A stretch of 57,784 nt of DNA from positions 1-57,784 of IMG/VR virus record IMGVR_UViG_3300044742_000189, one strand, 5' to 3'. Positions 56,133 to 57,784 of the stretch are shown in pieces. The notes below the pieces were generated by a model that saw only the letters and a program-made list of their open reading frames with translations, had not been told where the DNA came from and ran no database searches. This DNA is from a virus (lineage: Duplodnaviria > Caudoviricetes). Position 1 is the first letter of the stretch. Each line of letters starts with the position of its first letter. The translations under genes and the position numbers were made by a program.

Positions 56133-56444
56133 TCACTCACCGAGCTTATTGCGCCACTCCTCTGGCGACGGTCCTTCGGGCAGTCCAGTATTGCCCCACA
56201 TGGCCGCACCACGACGAGCCCGCTGCGCTGCTCGCCATTCATCTAAAGCCTTCGATCCCGAGGCGTAACCAAGCATCCCAAGCAGAGGCATGGCGCCTAC
56301 TCCTGCCCCACCAGATACAAATGGCGCGGCAGCCGTCGCAACACCAAGGCCACCAGATATGGTTCCGTTCAGAGCCATTTCAATTTGATGCTGCCTCTCA
56401 AGCTGCTGCATGTATTGCTGCATTGATGTGGTATCGTCGGCCAT
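56133..56444 (-). CDS. Small hydrophobic protein after the portal
   Basis: AGGAGG SD; Gly/Ala-rich hydrophobic hairpin. Confidence 0.65.
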   Translation of the reverse strand: MADDTTSMQQYMQQLERQHQIEMALNGTISGGLGVATAAAPFVSGGAGVGAMPLLGMLGYASGSKALDEWRAAQRARRGAAMWGNTGLPEGPSPEEWRNKLGE

Positions 56445-56459
56445 GGCAATTTCCTCCTA

Positions 56460-57784
56460 TCAAACCCCACCCGGAGGCAGCGGAAGCCCGCCCGCCTGAT
56501 TTATCTGCGGTTCCTCGCCGGGAACCCAAGGCGTAGACGATTGCTCCAGGAAATCCTGCTGCGGTGCTTCGGCGCCCGGAGGCATGGCACCCTGACCAGG
56601 TGGGCCGCCGAGCGCGTTGGGTGGTGGTGGACCCGGCTGGCCTGGAGGAGCGCCGGGTCCACCCGCAAGCCCATTCATCCCTGGGGGTGGGCCACCCGAG
56701 ACGTGCTGGGCCTGGTCGAGAAATGATGGCTCGCGGTGAAAGAACGGGAAGACCTCGCCGATCTGCGGCAGCATCTGGGGCGGCATGCCAATACCCGCGG
56801 CCGCAACGAACGCGTCGGTGTGAACCTTATCCGTATCCGCCCGCGTCTTGTCGATGTCGGCCGCCTTTTGTAGCTCCTCGAGCTGGGCCATCCGCTTTTG
56901 CAGCTCGATCATCTCGGGCGGGGGCGCCTTGAATTGCTGCAGCTTCTGTAGCAGTGCGTCCTTGTCAGGGAGATTGGACAATTCAATCAGCACCTCTGAC
57001 GGGATGTCGGGTCGGTCGGATAGCTGCTCGATCAGCTCCTCTCGCATCGTGACGGTGTCCGGGCCCTCGTCGAGAATGATATCAACGTCCATCTCGGCGA
57101 TCTGGTTCTCGACGCCCGTGACATTGCCCATGCCGTCCGCGATAGGGACGTTGATGCGTAGATGCTGGTTGGCCTGGGCGTTGCCCGTCAGGCGGATGTA
57201 CCTGTCGTCGGTGTAGAACTTGCGGGCGTTATTCCAGTCCATGTGATAGCCGCTCAGCTTCCACTCGCGCATGCGCTCGTAAACGGGCGACAGTTCCGCC
57301 ATGCCGGAGTTTTGCTGGGCGAGGATGGCGCGGCCGGACTGCTGTTCAACCCCCTTGCCTTGAAGTGCAGGATTGGGGCCGGTGTTGTTGAGGTCCGCCT
57401 TGGCGTCCTGCATCATCTCCAGGTTTCCCTGGATCTGCGCAGTCTGCTCCAATGGCTCAAACAAGAATCCCTTGTTGACTTTGATGATGCCGTCCGGCTT
57501 GGCGAGCTCGCGCCTCGCTTCCTCGATATCGGCAACAGCCCCCGCCTCATACTTGACTTGGCGGACGGACAGTAGGTGCAGGGCCTTGGATGCCCGCTTG
57601 TTCACCTCATCTTGGAGGGAGCGAAGATCGCGCACCATACCGTAGCGCGTGCCGTCCTCGCCGACGTAGGGGCACCAAGCATTGTACGGGCGCGCACTGT
57701 CGTCGTCGTTGTCGACGTATGGCGACAGGCAGTCCATCTCGGGCGGGCAAAGCGAAGTCGGGCCAACCAGCCAATCCCACATCC
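56460..57784 (-). CDS. Portal protein, 3' part
   Basis: RYGMVRDLRSLQDEVNKRASK, QSGRAILAQQ and DVDIILDEGP motifs of P22-like portals; Pro/Gly-rich tail. Confidence 0.9.
   Translation of the reverse strand, partial: MWDWLVGPTSLCPPEMDCLSPYVDNDDDSARPYNAWCPYVGEDGTRYGMVRDLRSLQDEVNKRASKALHLLSVRQVKYEAGAVADIEEARRELAKPDGIIKVNKGFLFEPLEQTAQIQGNLEMMQDAKADLNNTGPNPALQGKGVEQQSGRAILAQQNSGMAELSPVYERMREWKLSGYHMDWNNARKFYTDDRYIRLTGNAQANQHLRINVPIADGMGNVTGVENQIAEMDVDIILDEGPDTVTMREELIEQLSDRPDIPSEVLIELSNLPDKDALLQKLQQFKAPPPEMIELQKRMAQLEELQKAADIDKTRADTDKVHTDAFVAAAGIGMPPQMLPQIGEVFPFFHREPSFLDQAQHVSGGPPPGMNGLAGGPGAPPGQPGPPPPNALGGPPGQGAMPPGAEAPQQDFLEQSSTPWVPGEEPQINQAGGLPLPPGGV
57658..57784. repeat. Terminal direct repeat, second copy
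   Basis: Identical to 1..127. Confidence 0.97.

Noticed and set aside
1-57784. CRISPR array, diversity-generating retroelement, retron or alternative genetic code
   Set aside because: No regularly spaced repeat-spacer array, no reverse transcriptase motifs and no TR/VR pair were seen; core genes translate at full length with the standard code apart from the terL split

Overview
Complete, circularly permuted genome (57,657 bp plus a 127-bp terminal overlap) of a temperate P22-like podophage in excised form, probably infecting a Hyphomicrobiales/alphaproteobacterial host (full-length GcrA, Omp25/RopB-like OMP, DUF1376 initiator, NusG-type antiterminator). Leftward early operon from cro: GcrA, replication, OMP plus collagen-YadA adhesin, DNA methyltransferase, NusG paralog. 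Then the late operon: TerS, TerL split into two ORFs by a structured 84-nt insert, portal (spans the origin), scaffold, capsid, a methyltransferase/2 glycosyltransferase/UDP-xylose synthase cassette, tail and ejection proteins, GH19 lysin, spanins. Rightward early operon: Gp157, Bet, xis, int, then attP (3' half of tRNA-Thr GGT with arm sites). A divergent accessory cassette is centred on a catalytically dead resolvase-like protein. Most notable: (1) two nested ISL3 elements, each with its own perfect 8-bp target duplication; the outer non-autonomous one carries a paralog of a phage ejection-region gene; (2) a capsid-linked glycosylation/methylation cassette; (3) the split terminase. Family assignments come from motif recognition by eye; no database searches were run.
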